This document shows, piece after piece, positions 1 to 10,238 of a DNA stretch of 64,000 nucleotides. Numbering within the stretch: the first letter of the stretch is position 1; each line of letters begins with the position of its first letter. The position numbers and the translations under genes are program-made. Where the stretch lies: positions 40,779-104,778 of the forward strand of contig JAWOCD010000006.1 in NCBI GenBank assembly GCA_046483985.1, in the 5' to 3' direction. The notes under the pieces are model-generated. The model was given only the letters and a program-made list of their open reading frames with translations. It searched no databases and was not told the DNA's origin. Origin of the DNA: Promethearchaeia archaeon. Its GTDB lineage: Archaea > Asgardarchaeota > Lokiarchaeia > Sigyniarchaeales > SOKP01.

Positions 1-51
1 TTAAGCGAAATAATAGAATTAATTTGCTTTAATCGAGAAGGTAATTTTTGA

Positions 52-263
52 ATGAGAAATAAACACGTGTTATTTGTTTGTACTGCAAATGAATTAAGAA
101 GTCCCACAGCGGAAGAAGTTTCAAAAAAAAAAAGAAAAAATAGATGTGAAATCTGCCAGCACTTCCCACCGCCCTAAAGGGCAATGGATTCGTAATTCAT
201 CGAGAATTTTGGAAAAAAAAAGTAATTCCATATCTAAATAGATTATTACAAAGAAGTGATTAG
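52..263 (+). pseudogene. Low-molecular-weight protein-tyrosine-phosphatase/arsenate-reductase-family pseudogene
   Basis: ATG at 52 reads MRNKHVLFVCTANELRSPTAEEV (C-x5-R P-loop). After a frameshift in a poly-A run it continues IDVKSAST. The middle is replaced by an IS-end remnant, then a C-terminal KKVIPYLNRLLQRSD* ends at 263. Confidence 0.75.
161..208 (-). mobile_element. IS200/IS605 right-end remnant (short)
   Basis: Hairpin ccattgccc-ttta-gggcggtgg plus 21 bp (188-208) identical to 49410-49430. Confidence 0.65.
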
Positions 264-316
264 GCGATATAAAGTTTAAAAGAAAGAAAAGAAGAATTGG
301 TTTTTCTCAATATTGC

Positions 317-889
317 TCAAGATATAGCTAAATTTTCTTGAATCTCTTTCCTTATAACAGAATTAGATTCTCTTTCACAATGCTTTTCCAATAGATGTTT
401 AAAATTATGATGATTCACCAGATTATGAGAAATTAGGGCTCTAATTAAGGCATACCGTACAGAATCATCCGGATCGGTTAAAAAGGGGGTTATAAGTGGT
501 AAATTATTTAGTATTTCTTTCTTATCGAGTTGCATAAAGGATCTTGCACGAATATTAAAATCTGGATGATATAACTTAAATAAATTGGAATTCACCTTCT
601 CGTCTTTTAAGATTTCTGAGAGTTTCTTGATTAAAGAGATATGATATTCATCTGATTTGGAATGAAGATTGAGAAATTTTTCAACCGCTGTCCCTGCCTT
701 TTTTCCAATTTTGAGCAAACTCTCTAAGGATATAAACACATGTTCTGATAAATTGGTCTTTAAATTAGATAATAACCTTTCAATAATTTTGTCGCCAACC
801 TCTGAGACTTGCATTAATTGCCAATTCTGTTCTTCCAAGTTTCTATTATCCCTTAAATAATTCAATTTTATTCCTCTATGATCGGTCAT
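317..889 (-). CDS. HEAT-repeat protein
   Basis: HEAT/PBS-like units LYHPDFNIRARS, FLTDPDDSVRYALIRAL, ESNSVIRKEI. Confidence 0.7.
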   Translation of the reverse strand: MTDHRGIKLNYLRDNRNLEEQNWQLMQVSEVGDKIIERLLSNLKTNLSEHVFISLESLLKIGKKAGTAVEKFLNLHSKSDEYHISLIKKLSEILKDEKVNSNLFKLYHPDFNIRARSFMQLDKKEILNNLPLITPFLTDPDDSVRYALIRALISHNLVNHHNFKHLLEKHCERESNSVIRKEIQENLAIS

Positions 890-1113
890 AATTTTGTTGA
901 TTACTAAAAAGTTAACCTATTTTATTTATATTATTATTAAAGCAAAAATATGGAAACTGAGCTTTAATTATTCCATTAATAATTCAAAAAGATTATGTAA
1001 TCGACAGAAATATGTGAAATTCAATTGAATAATCTTTTCAACATTTTCCATCCACGATAAATTAATATGAATGGTTTGTGAATGGTATATTAAGAAATTC
1101 TTATAGAATGTTT

Positions 1114-2589
1114 CTATACTAAAAATTCTCTATTATTTTCTTTATCAAACATCACTTTTTGGGAGCTAGTGAAATATTTTCCATAAACTTCCTTATTTTT
1201 AATCATTTCAATAATAATTTCCTCTACGAATTCCAATTTTTTCGAGGGGATATTACAATACTTCCGTATATCTTCCAAACTCATCAAAGTCTCTTCCTTG
1301 CTTAACCGCTTCACATTCTTTTTGATCAAATCTTTCAATTTATCACTTTTTTCCTTTTGAACTCGTTTCTTCTGCTTAAGAAAGATAACTCTTTCATTCG
1401 CTTTCGAAATTTTATCCGCAATTAAATTAATATAATGGGTATCTCCAATGGTTTTTGCAAACTTCTGCGCTTTTTCGTATTTTCTGATGGCCTTTTCAGG
1501 CTTATTAAGCATTTCATCTCCTGATTTAATGGAACGGTTAATTGATCGATAAATTCCAATATTCGTAGCAATATCCTCAATCTTCTCAAGAGCAGTATCT
1601 AATTCTTCCTTAGATTGAGCGTAATTTTTGAGTTTTTCTAGTTCTGTCATTGCGTAATCAAACTTCTCTTCGTAAATAAGGTCTTTAATCCTCTGTATTT
1701 CGTCATAGAGTGGAGAACCAGGAACTGTAGAGCCAAGATTCACAGATTTCAACTCTTGTTTATCTAATTTCTCATAATTCATCGGCGTAACAGCCGGTTT
1801 ATCAAGTTCTTTGGCTATTGTTTTTATGGATTCCATGTGAGACCTTGTCTTTTGTTCAGGTGCTAAGGATTCAATTTTAGAGGGCTTTTTTTGGGGTTTT
1901 GGTTTTTTCTGTTTTTTTGATTTAGTTGCATTTGGGTTAGGGGAAATTGAAAGCGATTTTTTGTCAGAAACTCCTTTTACCTTTAATTTTTTGGGGGAAG
2001 TATTTATTTTCTTCTTAATAGTCTCAGCTTGGGTGGGTTTTGCTCCATTTTTTGATTCCTTTGGTTTTTCTTTTTCTTCCAGTGATTTTTTCGATGGAGT
2101 TGTCTCTCCAATTAACGAAGAAGGAATTGCCACACCATTCAATGAGGATTTCTCTTCTTCTTGCTTTAAAGACTCATTTTGTAACGTTGATCTCTCCCCT
2201 CTTCCTTGTTCTTTTTCTTCGGAAGGGTTTATGAAAATTCTTATGAACTTTTTGCGTAAAATCGTAATTCCTGAAAGAATAAATTGATCTATATTGATTT
2301 GTCCATCGGAGAATTGTTCCCATGCACCATAAATCCTATTAAAAAAGGAATCCAAATTATTTTTAAGATAATTTTCTAAATTCCCTTGTTCTTGCAGTTC
2401 CTCCACTTCTTGCCGAATTGTGGGTCCAAATTTGTCTATTAGATCATCAACTGATTCATTTCCTTCATTACAAAATTCCGTAACACAGCGTTTCTGGGTA
2501 ACCTCTTCAAGATCTTCTCCCTCTTTTTTTTTATCATCAGACGATTTCATTAACTCATTAAATATATCCTCTGGGTCTTTATCTGGCAT
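1114..2589 (-). CDS. Hypothetical protein with disordered middle, TPR-like helices and C-terminal PCI-like winged helix
   Basis: C-terminus LMSLEDIRKYCNIP..VEEIIIEMIKNKEVYGKYFTSSQKVMF matches the PCI winged-helix pattern. Confidence 0.6.
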   Translation of the reverse strand: MPDKDPEDIFNELMKSSDDKKKEGEDLEEVTQKRCVTEFCNEGNESVDDLIDKFGPTIRQEVEELQEQGNLENYLKNNLDSFFNRIYGAWEQFSDGQINIDQFILSGITILRKKFIRIFINPSEEKEQGRGERSTLQNESLKQEEEKSSLNGVAIPSSLIGETTPSKKSLEEKEKPKESKNGAKPTQAETIKKKINTSPKKLKVKGVSDKKSLSISPNPNATKSKKQKKPKPQKKPSKIESLAPEQKTRSHMESIKTIAKELDKPAVTPMNYEKLDKQELKSVNLGSTVPGSPLYDEIQRIKDLIYEEKFDYAMTELEKLKNYAQSKEELDTALEKIEDIATNIGIYRSINRSIKSGDEMLNKPEKAIRKYEKAQKFAKTIGDTHYINLIADKISKANERVIFLKQKKRVQKEKSDKLKDLIKKNVKRLSKEETLMSLEDIRKYCNIPSKKLEFVEEIIIEMIKNKEVYGKYFTSSQKVMFDKENNREFLV

Positions 2590-2726
2590 GAAAATTTAGA
2601 ACCTCTCTTTATTTGTTTAAAAAATTTCCCAATTATATAAAAAACATAAGGTTTACTTATAAAAACTTTTGTTAAAACCCTTATAATAATTTTAGATTCT
2701 GAAAAAACAAAATTTAAGGATTGATT

Positions 2727-3593
2727 TCACGAAAAAAGCTCTTCAGCGTTATTATAGAAAATGTCCCTTTTTTGGTCATCTGTTAGGGGGAGTGAATGAA
2801 TTTTATTGACTTCCAGAGAGAGAGGATTAGTTATAGGAGCATCAGAACCGAAAAGAATCCTTTTACTTCCCACCATTTTCACTAAGCTAAAGATTGCATA
2901 GGGAATACTGCAAGAAGTCTCAAAAAAGACATTTTCAAATTTTTTCAAACTTAAGCCAACATCAATCCCATATTCCATGGCATATCCTGCATGACCCAGA
3001 ATAATCCGTAATTGGGGAAATTGTTTTGCTAGTTTAGCAATATCTTTAGTCATTACCCCGCGAAAATAAGAAACTTTTGGCGTTGAATGTATAAAAAGAG
3101 GGATTTCCTTATCGTAATCTTGCATAAAGGAAACCAGTTCTTCGATATCACGGGGAATCTTTAGCAAATGAATACCAGAATGAATTTTAACTCCTCCAAA
3201 TCCCGCTCTAAAATGGTCTTTTAGTATTTCGTAACTTTCAGCTTTTTTATCGTCATCGATATTTGGATTAAACCAAAAAAACGGTATGAATCTTTCGGGT
3301 ACTTCTTCTACGATCTCTTTTACATCAGCATGATCTAATTGTCCCTCTGGCATCATTCTTTTAAATTTTTTAAATGCTTGGCTTACCTTATTCCCTTTAG
3401 TGTCTGTCTTATTTCCTTTCTTATCTGCATACACCTTAGAACTTGCAGCTCGATTCGTCGTGGTTAACGCAGCCTTTTTGATATTGTATTTATCCATATA
3501 TTCGATTAAACTCATTTCAGAAGGGAGGAAGTTCCCTATAGTATGTAAATGTGCATCAAAAATCCCTAAATCTTTTTTCATTACTTTACACAT
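2727..3593 (-). CDS. Amidohydrolase family protein (Amidohydro_2)
   Basis: DAHLH, GVKIH, FIHS, LGHAG, LFGSDAP motifs. Confidence 0.85.
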   Translation of the reverse strand: MCKVMKKDLGIFDAHLHTIGNFLPSEMSLIEYMDKYNIKKAALTTTNRAASSKVYADKKGNKTDTKGNKVSQAFKKFKRMMPEGQLDHADVKEIVEEVPERFIPFFWFNPNIDDDKKAESYEILKDHFRAGFGGVKIHSGIHLLKIPRDIEELVSFMQDYDKEIPLFIHSTPKVSYFRGVMTKDIAKLAKQFPQLRIILGHAGYAMEYGIDVGLSLKKFENVFFETSCSIPYAIFSLVKMVGSKRILFGSDAPITNPLSLEVNKIHSLPLTDDQKRDIFYNNAEELFS

Positions 3594-3596
3594 CCC

Positions 3597-4415
3597 TTAA
3601 GGTATTAGAGAATTGAAATTATCATAAAAAACTTGTTGCGTAATTTTTTCATTGAGATTAAGCATTCTGATTTTATTAATTTCGATATCTGGATTGGTGG
3701 CTGCGGGCGCGTCTGAACCATAGATGACCCTGTCTGTTCCCATGGCCTTTATTAACGTCATTATACCGTAAGGGATTGAACAAGAAGTTTCAAAATATAC
3801 ATTAGAAAAATTTCTGAAATAATATAATAGATTTATTGTGTTTTCCATTGTAAAAGCAGCATGACCAAGAATAAGTTTAAGGTCTTCATACTTTTTGGCA
3901 AGATCATAATAACTTTTAACACGGACGGGGTTTTGGAAAAAAAACGGTGAACCAGAATGAATAAAAAGAGGTAAATCATGGTCTATACAAAATTCAGCTA
4001 AGGAGTACAAATCTCCGGGTATGGATAACTGGTCTACGAAAGTTTGCGTTTTAACCCCTTTAAATCCATATTTTTCGATATATGTCTTCAGTACATTCCA
4101 ATCTTGCTCTTCAGCAGTTGCTGGATTAAACCAAAAAAAGCCGATGAGACGATCTGGATGCTTTTTTACTAATTTTCTAACTGTCTCATGGTTATATTGC
4201 TTTGGTTGGAAATGTCGTTCTAATTCATTTTCATCATTTGGATTTCCATTACTGGATGCTAAAAATGCCTTTAAACTGGCATTTTGATTCAATGTCGTGA
4301 TCGCTGCTTTATCTATTTCATATCTGTCCATATATTCCAATAGAGATTCATCGCGGGATTTAAATCGTCCTATGTAATGCATATGCGCGTCAAAAACCTT
4401 AGATCCATCAATCAT
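3597..4415 (-). CDS. Amidohydrolase family protein (tandem paralog)
   Basis: DAHMH, FIHSG, LGHA, YGSDAP; shares FETSCSIPY with its neighbour. Confidence 0.85.
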   Translation of the reverse strand: MIDGSKVFDAHMHYIGRFKSRDESLLEYMDRYEIDKAAITTLNQNASLKAFLASSNGNPNDENELERHFQPKQYNHETVRKLVKKHPDRLIGFFWFNPATAEEQDWNVLKTYIEKYGFKGVKTQTFVDQLSIPGDLYSLAEFCIDHDLPLFIHSGSPFFFQNPVRVKSYYDLAKKYEDLKLILGHAAFTMENTINLLYYFRNFSNVYFETSCSIPYGIMTLIKAMGTDRVIYGSDAPAATNPDIEINKIRMLNLNEKITQQVFYDNFNSLIP

Positions 4416-4494
4416 AATGAAAAATATTCTGTAAGAATAATTACATAGTTGAGCATTTCAATTTGGTACTTAATACATTGGGAAAAAATATCGT

Positions 4495-4899
4495 CTATTC
4501 TCCTTGGATTTGAATATATACGTTCCTTGAACGAGGGCCATCATATTCTGTGAACATAATTCCTTGCCAAGTCCCAAGTACTAATTTCCCTTCATGTATG
4601 AGAACGAACAATGAGGGACCCGTGAGTGTTGATTTAATATGCGCATCAGAATTTCCTTCCCTATGAGCAAAGCTTGACTTTTTTGGAACTACTTCTTTTA
4701 GATGAGAAATAATATCCTTTTTTACTGAAGGATCGGCATTCTCATTAATTGTTATGGCCGCCGTGGTATGCGGTACGAAGATTCGACATATTCCCTCGAT
4801 AACATTTGCCTCATCAATAAGCTCTTGGATTTGGCTGGTAATATCCACTAACGTTTCTCGTTTTGAAGTTTTTACTCTAATCTTGTTAAATACAATCAT
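4495..4899 (-). CDS. yjbQ: YjbQ/UPF0047 family protein
   Basis: HTTAAITINENADP, EGNSDAHIK, LGTWQGI..EYDGPR. Confidence 0.92.
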   Translation of the reverse strand: MIVFNKIRVKTSKRETLVDITSQIQELIDEANVIEGICRIFVPHTTAAITINENADPSVKKDIISHLKEVVPKKSSFAHREGNSDAHIKSTLTGPSLFVLIHEGKLVLGTWQGIMFTEYDGPRSRNVYIQIQGE

Positions 4900-5080
4900 T
4901 TTTTCTCATTAATTTAATATAGGGGTTTCCCGATAAAATAAAATTGTTTTTATTTTCTTAAATATTTTTCTACACTATTTTTACTCCATAAATGTAGATC
5001 GAAATCCAATTTTTATTGTTTTTATTTATTGAATCCCCTCTTCCATTAACTTAAGTCCTAAAAAATAATATTTCAAAATT

Positions 5081-5851
5081 CTAGACTTCTAAATCAAACT
5101 TCCCGTGCTTTCCCTTTCCTCGTCTAAACTCCTTACTCCCCTCCAGATATTCTTCGCTGCTTAAAGTCTTTAATCCATGTTTGAATTCATTTTTTAGAGC
5201 ATCTTGCATATCCATTCCAAATTGCTCATAAACAGACATCCTGTCATGTTGCATACAAGTTTGAGGAAATTGGGCGATCTTTCTAGCAAGTTCCTCGGCC
5301 TCTTGTCTGGAAGTACCTTCTTCTACAATTCTATTAGCTAATCCCCACTGGTAGGCTTCTTTTGCCGAAACAGGTCTTCCAGTTAAGATCATATCCATTG
5401 CTCTGCTTAATCCAATAAGACGGGGGAGTCTTATAGTCCCCCCATCAATTAATGGAACTCCGAATCTTCTGCAAAAGACGCCAAAAATAGCATCATTCTC
5501 CACGACTCTAAGGTCGCACCAGCAAGCTAATTCCAAACCTCCAGCAACAGCGTATCCCGCCACCGCCGCAATAATTGGCTTTGAAAGCTGCATTCGGGTT
5601 GGACCCATAGGACCATCTCCAGTCGGATCTATTCGATTCTGGTTTTCAGTACCTATAGATTTCAAATCTGCTCCAGCACAAAAAGTGCCATTTGCCCCCC
5701 ATAAAACGGCTACTAATGCATCGTCATCTTTCTCAAATTTCCGAAATGCATCAGCAAGTTCCTGGGCGTTTTTTCCATCAATCGCATTTTTCACTTTTGG
5801 ATTGTCCAGTATAATGGTATATACTGGGTAGTTTCGCTCAATTATTATCAT
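5081..5851 (-). CDS. Enoyl-CoA hydratase/isomerase (crotonase family)
   Basis: FCAGADL, GYAVAGGLELA, GGTIRLPRLIG. Confidence 0.93.
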   Translation of the reverse strand: MIIIERNYPVYTIILDNPKVKNAIDGKNAQELADAFRKFEKDDDALVAVLWGANGTFCAGADLKSIGTENQNRIDPTGDGPMGPTRMQLSKPIIAAVAGYAVAGGLELACWCDLRVVENDAIFGVFCRRFGVPLIDGGTIRLPRLIGLSRAMDMILTGRPVSAKEAYQWGLANRIVEEGTSRQEAEELARKIAQFPQTCMQHDRMSVYEQFGMDMQDALKNEFKHGLKTLSSEEYLEGSKEFRRGKGKHGKFDLEV

Positions 5852-5954
5852 ATTCTAAGAATCCTCTCCTTTTAAATTTCTATATTAAATATTTAAGTAA
5901 TTAACAATAATTTAACGGATAATATAATATCTTTTTTCCCCAAAAGGGATAATT

Positions 5955-6335
5955 ATGCTTGAAGATTCTAATTTCAAGAATAAAGCATTACGCAAAGGTC
6001 AAGATTATTTCAAAGATGTGCATATGACTCAAGAGCAGCATGAGATCTTCAACGATTTTATTAAAATCTTTTTAAAACATGTACCTATAGAGAAAATGAC
6101 AGCAAAAGGGATCGGATGGCGTTCTATTCGTAAATGGCAGCTTAAACATAAACGTGATTTATTGGGATTAATAGATGAAGAGTCAGAAGAACGAGTGAAA
6201 TCAATTAACCAATTACTGCAAATCATAAAGAAAGAATTAATCGGAGATTTAGTATCTGATGATGACATCCCTTTAGTTGATGAAGCAATAGACGATATTT
6301 TAGATTTCTATAAAGACAAATATGCGAATCGCTAA
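5955..6335 (+). CDS. Hypothetical protein
   Basis: 126-aa ORF with protein-like composition; no motif recognised. Confidence 0.65.
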   Translation: MLEDSNFKNKALRKGQDYFKDVHMTQEQHEIFNDFIKIFLKHVPIEKMTAKGIGWRSIRKWQLKHKRDLLGLIDEESEERVKSINQLLQIIKKELIGDLVSDDDIPLVDEAIDDILDFYKDKYANR

Positions 6336-6471
6336 AATATTATAAAAATCACTTTCTCTTTCTTCATTATATTATATTCGAAACTTAAAAAAATGAATTT
6401 TGAAAATCTTAGTCTCAAGTATTTCAATGGAAATAATGTGATCAGTAATTAAAAATAAAAAAAATATATGA

Positions 6472-7560
6472 TTATTTTTGGAATTTAAGCATATCTGCCA
6501 TCTCAACAAAACTACTGGTTCGAATGAGTGCTGCTTTTAAGAATTGGAATCCGATATCATAGGTGGAACCATCTCCACCAATGTGAATAACATACGGAAT
6601 TTCTCCATCAAATATTCCCTTCTTTTTCTGGATCTTATAGGAAGTTGAAATTGCATCAGCTACGGTCGCGCCAGATTCAAAAAGATGATGCATCCATGGA
6701 ACTCTCCATGAGCTTACATTGTCTTTTGATGTGGAAACTTCTGAACAACTGGTGTTGTTGACATAGATAAAATTATCTTCAGAAACTTGGGTAGCCGCTG
6801 TACTAAGCTGGAATAAAACCATTCCCGCACCGCACCCAGGACATAAACCATGACCAGGTAATAGATGTTGTTGGGGTTTAAGCTTTTTCTTGTTGATTTT
6901 GTATAATTCATGCGGTTTTTCTTGCTTGAAAGTCTCAATTAACCGTTTCAACTTTTCATTACGTCTCTCTGTGTAGTAAATGATCCTATTTATTTCTTTT
7001 TCTCGGAATCTTGGTTTAAAAAGATGCTTAAACCGTCCCATTGAGCGTAGATATTCCACAAACTTATCTTTATCGATGTCTAAACCCCGATAATAAGAGA
7101 AACTGGGAATTCCATCCTCTACTCTAATCGTATATAAGGGCCAATAACCAGAATCTGTTGCTAATTTTGAAATTTTCACCGCATCTCCAGCATCATGTCG
7201 CCAGCCCCGCATACAATCAGAATAAGCTTGAATAAAAGCAGAGCCATTAGATTTAAGTGCATCCATGACCTTACCCATAAAATCGTTTGAATAGGCGGGA
7301 TTCGCAGTAGCCAGAAACATTTTTTTCTGACCGTAAAATGCAAAAGGAGTAACTAAATCTTGTTTAATCCCTACTTTTCCAGGAATTTTTTTTCCTGCCG
7401 GTCCCGTTGTGGTACTTGCGTATGGGGGCGTTCCTCCGCTTTCTTGAATACCAGTATTCATAAAAGCTTCATTATCGTAGTTTAAGAAGAGAACATTACT
7501 CTTTTCATCCCGTGCTAGGATATCATCCATTTTAATAACTGTCGTTTCTTTACTTACCAT
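6472..7560 (-). CDS. porB: Pyruvate/2-oxoacid:ferredoxin oxidoreductase beta subunit, circularly permuted
   Basis: YDNEAFMNTGIQ at aa 28-39; GHGLCPGCG at 236-244; GGDGSTYDIG at 328-337; adjacent to porA. Confidence 0.9.
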   Translation of the reverse strand: MVSKETTVIKMDDILARDEKSNVLFLNYDNEAFMNTGIQESGGTPPYASTTTGPAGKKIPGKVGIKQDLVTPFAFYGQKKMFLATANPAYSNDFMGKVMDALKSNGSAFIQAYSDCMRGWRHDAGDAVKISKLATDSGYWPLYTIRVEDGIPSFSYYRGLDIDKDKFVEYLRSMGRFKHLFKPRFREKEINRIIYYTERRNEKLKRLIETFKQEKPHELYKINKKKLKPQQHLLPGHGLCPGCGAGMVLFQLSTAATQVSEDNFIYVNNTSCSEVSTSKDNVSSWRVPWMHHLFESGATVADAISTSYKIQKKKGIFDGEIPYVIHIGGDGSTYDIGFQFLKAALIRTSSFVEMADMLKFQK

Positions 7561-7561
7561 T

Positions 7562-8785
7562 TTACATGTTCACCCCATAAATTTTATCCTTTGTTTCACG
7601 TACACCTAAGTACATGTATAGTCGTCCATCCATATCATCCACCTTTTTCATCTTCTTCTTCGCGATATCAAACTCATCTCTGGTCACATCTCTTCCTCCT
7701 AATCCTACAATAAAGGAGCGGAAGATTGTGCCCAATGGATAAAGCGCTGTCGCAACCGAGCTCGAGAAGGGTGGTAATAAATTATTCAAGGAATCTACTT
7801 TTTCGAGTATCATAAGTTTTTCTAATCCATATTCTTCGACTATATCTTGAAGTTCCTCATAGGGGAATGGACGAAAAGTGCGAATTTTAATTAATCCGAC
7901 ATCTTGATTTTCAGTCATCCAGCTGATAATATTTCCGCACATAGATCCCATCGTGACAAACGCCATATTGGACGAATTATCCAAATTATAAGTTTCAATT
8001 GTATTATATTCTCTCCCCGTTGCTTTCTCGAACCGATCAAATGCATCTCTCATCTTATCTAAAACATCTTCCTTATCAACGTCTAAGCTTTTACGAAATT
8101 CTTGAAAATAGTCTGGTGTAACGATTCCTCCCCATGTCCCTGGTTTTTCGGGAGTAATGGTATGTCGAGTTCTTTTCGGTGTTAATTGTCGAACTGTTTC
8201 ATCGGGAATCAATGTGAGTTTTTGTACCGAGTGAGATATAATAAAACCATCATGAACAAACATGGTTGGAAAGAGAGTATCCTCTGAAATCATGACGGAA
8301 AGTATGGCTGCATCGTAGGTTTCTTGAACGTTCTCGCTCACAAGAGTATTCCAGCCATAATCAACGATAGTATATTCCCAATAATTCCAAATTGAAAGAT
8401 TGGGTGCATTGAATGCACGGGCAGAGATCATCATCGTAAGCGGTACTCGCCACCCTACCGCCATTGGTAAGGCTTCTTGCATTAATAAATATCCTTGGGA
8501 TGCCGTTGCAGTAAATGTCCTAGCTCCAGCAGCACAAGCTGCGGTGGAGTAACTCATTGCAGCTAATTCAGACTCTACATTGACAAAAGCAGCATCCAAC
8601 CTTCCTTGGTGTACCACATCGCTTAAACCCTCAACGGATTGTGTCTGAGGAGTGATTGGAAAAGCACAGACTACATCGGGGTCTGTCTGAGTAACTGCCC
8701 CTGCAACTGCGTAGTTTCCAATCATAGCTGTTTCTATTGGCTCTTTAATTTCTTTAAAAAATAACTTCATAGGTTCTATACTCAT
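7562..8785 (-). CDS. porA: Pyruvate/2-oxoacid:ferredoxin oxidoreductase alpha subunit
   Basis: GNYAVA, FPITPQT, VESELAA, TATASQG, DGFIISH, GLGGRD. Confidence 0.93.
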   Translation of the reverse strand: MSIEPMKLFFKEIKEPIETAMIGNYAVAGAVTQTDPDVVCAFPITPQTQSVEGLSDVVHQGRLDAAFVNVESELAAMSYSTAACAAGARTFTATASQGYLLMQEALPMAVGWRVPLTMMISARAFNAPNLSIWNYWEYTIVDYGWNTLVSENVQETYDAAILSVMISEDTLFPTMFVHDGFIISHSVQKLTLIPDETVRQLTPKRTRHTITPEKPGTWGGIVTPDYFQEFRKSLDVDKEDVLDKMRDAFDRFEKATGREYNTIETYNLDNSSNMAFVTMGSMCGNIISWMTENQDVGLIKIRTFRPFPYEELQDIVEEYGLEKLMILEKVDSLNNLLPPFSSSVATALYPLGTIFRSFIVGLGGRDVTRDEFDIAKKKMKKVDDMDGRLYMYLGVRETKDKIYGVNM

Positions 8786-8798
8786 TATATTCTACCTC

Positions 8799-9791
8799 CT
8801 ATTCCTCTTCCTCTGGTACGGCACATGATGCCGGACCTTGTTTTAATTTTTTACTTAAAGCGTTAACCGGACAGATATTTACGCAATTCAAACAACTCTT
8901 GCAATGTTTTCTGTCAATACCAACCATATGCCATAGGCCATCTTCTCCTTTTTCTCGGAGAATGGCAAAATCTGGACAAATAAACCAGCACTGACCGCAA
9001 TCCGTACATGTTTCTTCGTCCCAAATGATATCATATTCTCCCCAAGAACCCGTGTTTACTTGATCACTCCCTACACGTATAATATCCGAATCGGTATACC
9101 AGACACCAGCTTTATCTAATTCCTTAAATCCAGGTTTTCCCAGGGCGACTTGTTGCCATTCAACTTTTGTGTCTTCCGCAAAATTTGGTTGATATTTCGT
9201 TTCATAAATGCATACTTCTTCCATAGCTTTTTTCACTGCTTCAACATTTTTACTGGCAATCTTATCTTTAAAGCGTCTCATTATAGCTTCTGAGAGTTGC
9301 TTTAGTGTGAAAAGATTAGACACTTTTAGTAACGCCCCAAGGATAATTGTGTTAGTAATATTTCGTCCAAGAATGTCAAGAGCAATTCGGGTTGCATCTG
9401 CCGTTGCGACATTGATATTTTTTCTGCCTACAATATCTTGAATTTCCTTTTGATTCAATACCGTATTTACGATTAACCACCCGCCTTCCGGCATACCAGC
9501 TGTGACATCTACCTCACCTAATAAAGAAGGATCTAAAACAGAGACAAATTGAGGTGCATAAACTTGCTCGTTACTCCGAACTAAATCATCATTATGTGAA
9601 AGGCGTACATAACTCTGAGTTGGACTGCCCATCCTTTCAGCTCCAAATTTAGGCTGACAAACTCCATATCCAGTAAATGCTTCAACACATAGATTTGACG
9701 CCGTAACACCTCCTTGACCGCCACGAGCGTGAAATCTTAAATTCACCTTATGTTTCTGGAGAATTTCCTCCATTTCCTCGAATGTGTACAT
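8799..9791 (-). CDS. 2-oxoacid:ferredoxin oxidoreductase gamma-delta fusion
   Basis: RGGQGGVT and FGAERMGSP (gamma) followed by two CxxCxxCxxxCP-type 4Fe-4S motifs (delta). Confidence 0.9.
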   Translation of the reverse strand: MYTFEEMEEILQKHKVNLRFHARGGQGGVTASNLCVEAFTGYGVCQPKFGAERMGSPTQSYVRLSHNDDLVRSNEQVYAPQFVSVLDPSLLGEVDVTAGMPEGGWLIVNTVLNQKEIQDIVGRKNINVATADATRIALDILGRNITNTIILGALLKVSNLFTLKQLSEAIMRRFKDKIASKNVEAVKKAMEEVCIYETKYQPNFAEDTKVEWQQVALGKPGFKELDKAGVWYTDSDIIRVGSDQVNTGSWGEYDIIWDEETCTDCGQCWFICPDFAILREKGEDGLWHMVGIDRKHCKSCLNCVNICPVNALSKKLKQGPASCAVPEEEE

Positions 9792-10238
9792 ATTGTTTTT
9801 CCCTCGTTCTTTTTATTTTTAAAATATGTTAAATTTTTTATTGAATCGAAAGATTATAAATTTTACCAACATAAAATTTAAACATTATTTCAAAAATTAT
9901 GTTGATTGTGAAGATTAATGTTTGATGATTAATGAGATTTTTGCTCAATAGAAGAATCCAATTTAAAGGGGCGTATTTGTTACTTTCTCTTATCAATGTT
10001 CTTTAACCTTAAATTATCATAATTAATAGTGTCGATTAAGGAATTCCTTTAAATTTTTATGTTTTAAATTAATCTATTGAATTTTTATGTTTAAAATCTA
10101 TAGATTAATTAATTCTTGAAGTAAGAAGAAGGAAAAATTTTAAAAATTATTTAACGATGAAAGTTAAATAAAAATAGAAAAAATCATTTAACTCAATGAT
10201 TTTCTTTTTATCAACTAAAAAGGTGAAAGAGAATAAAA

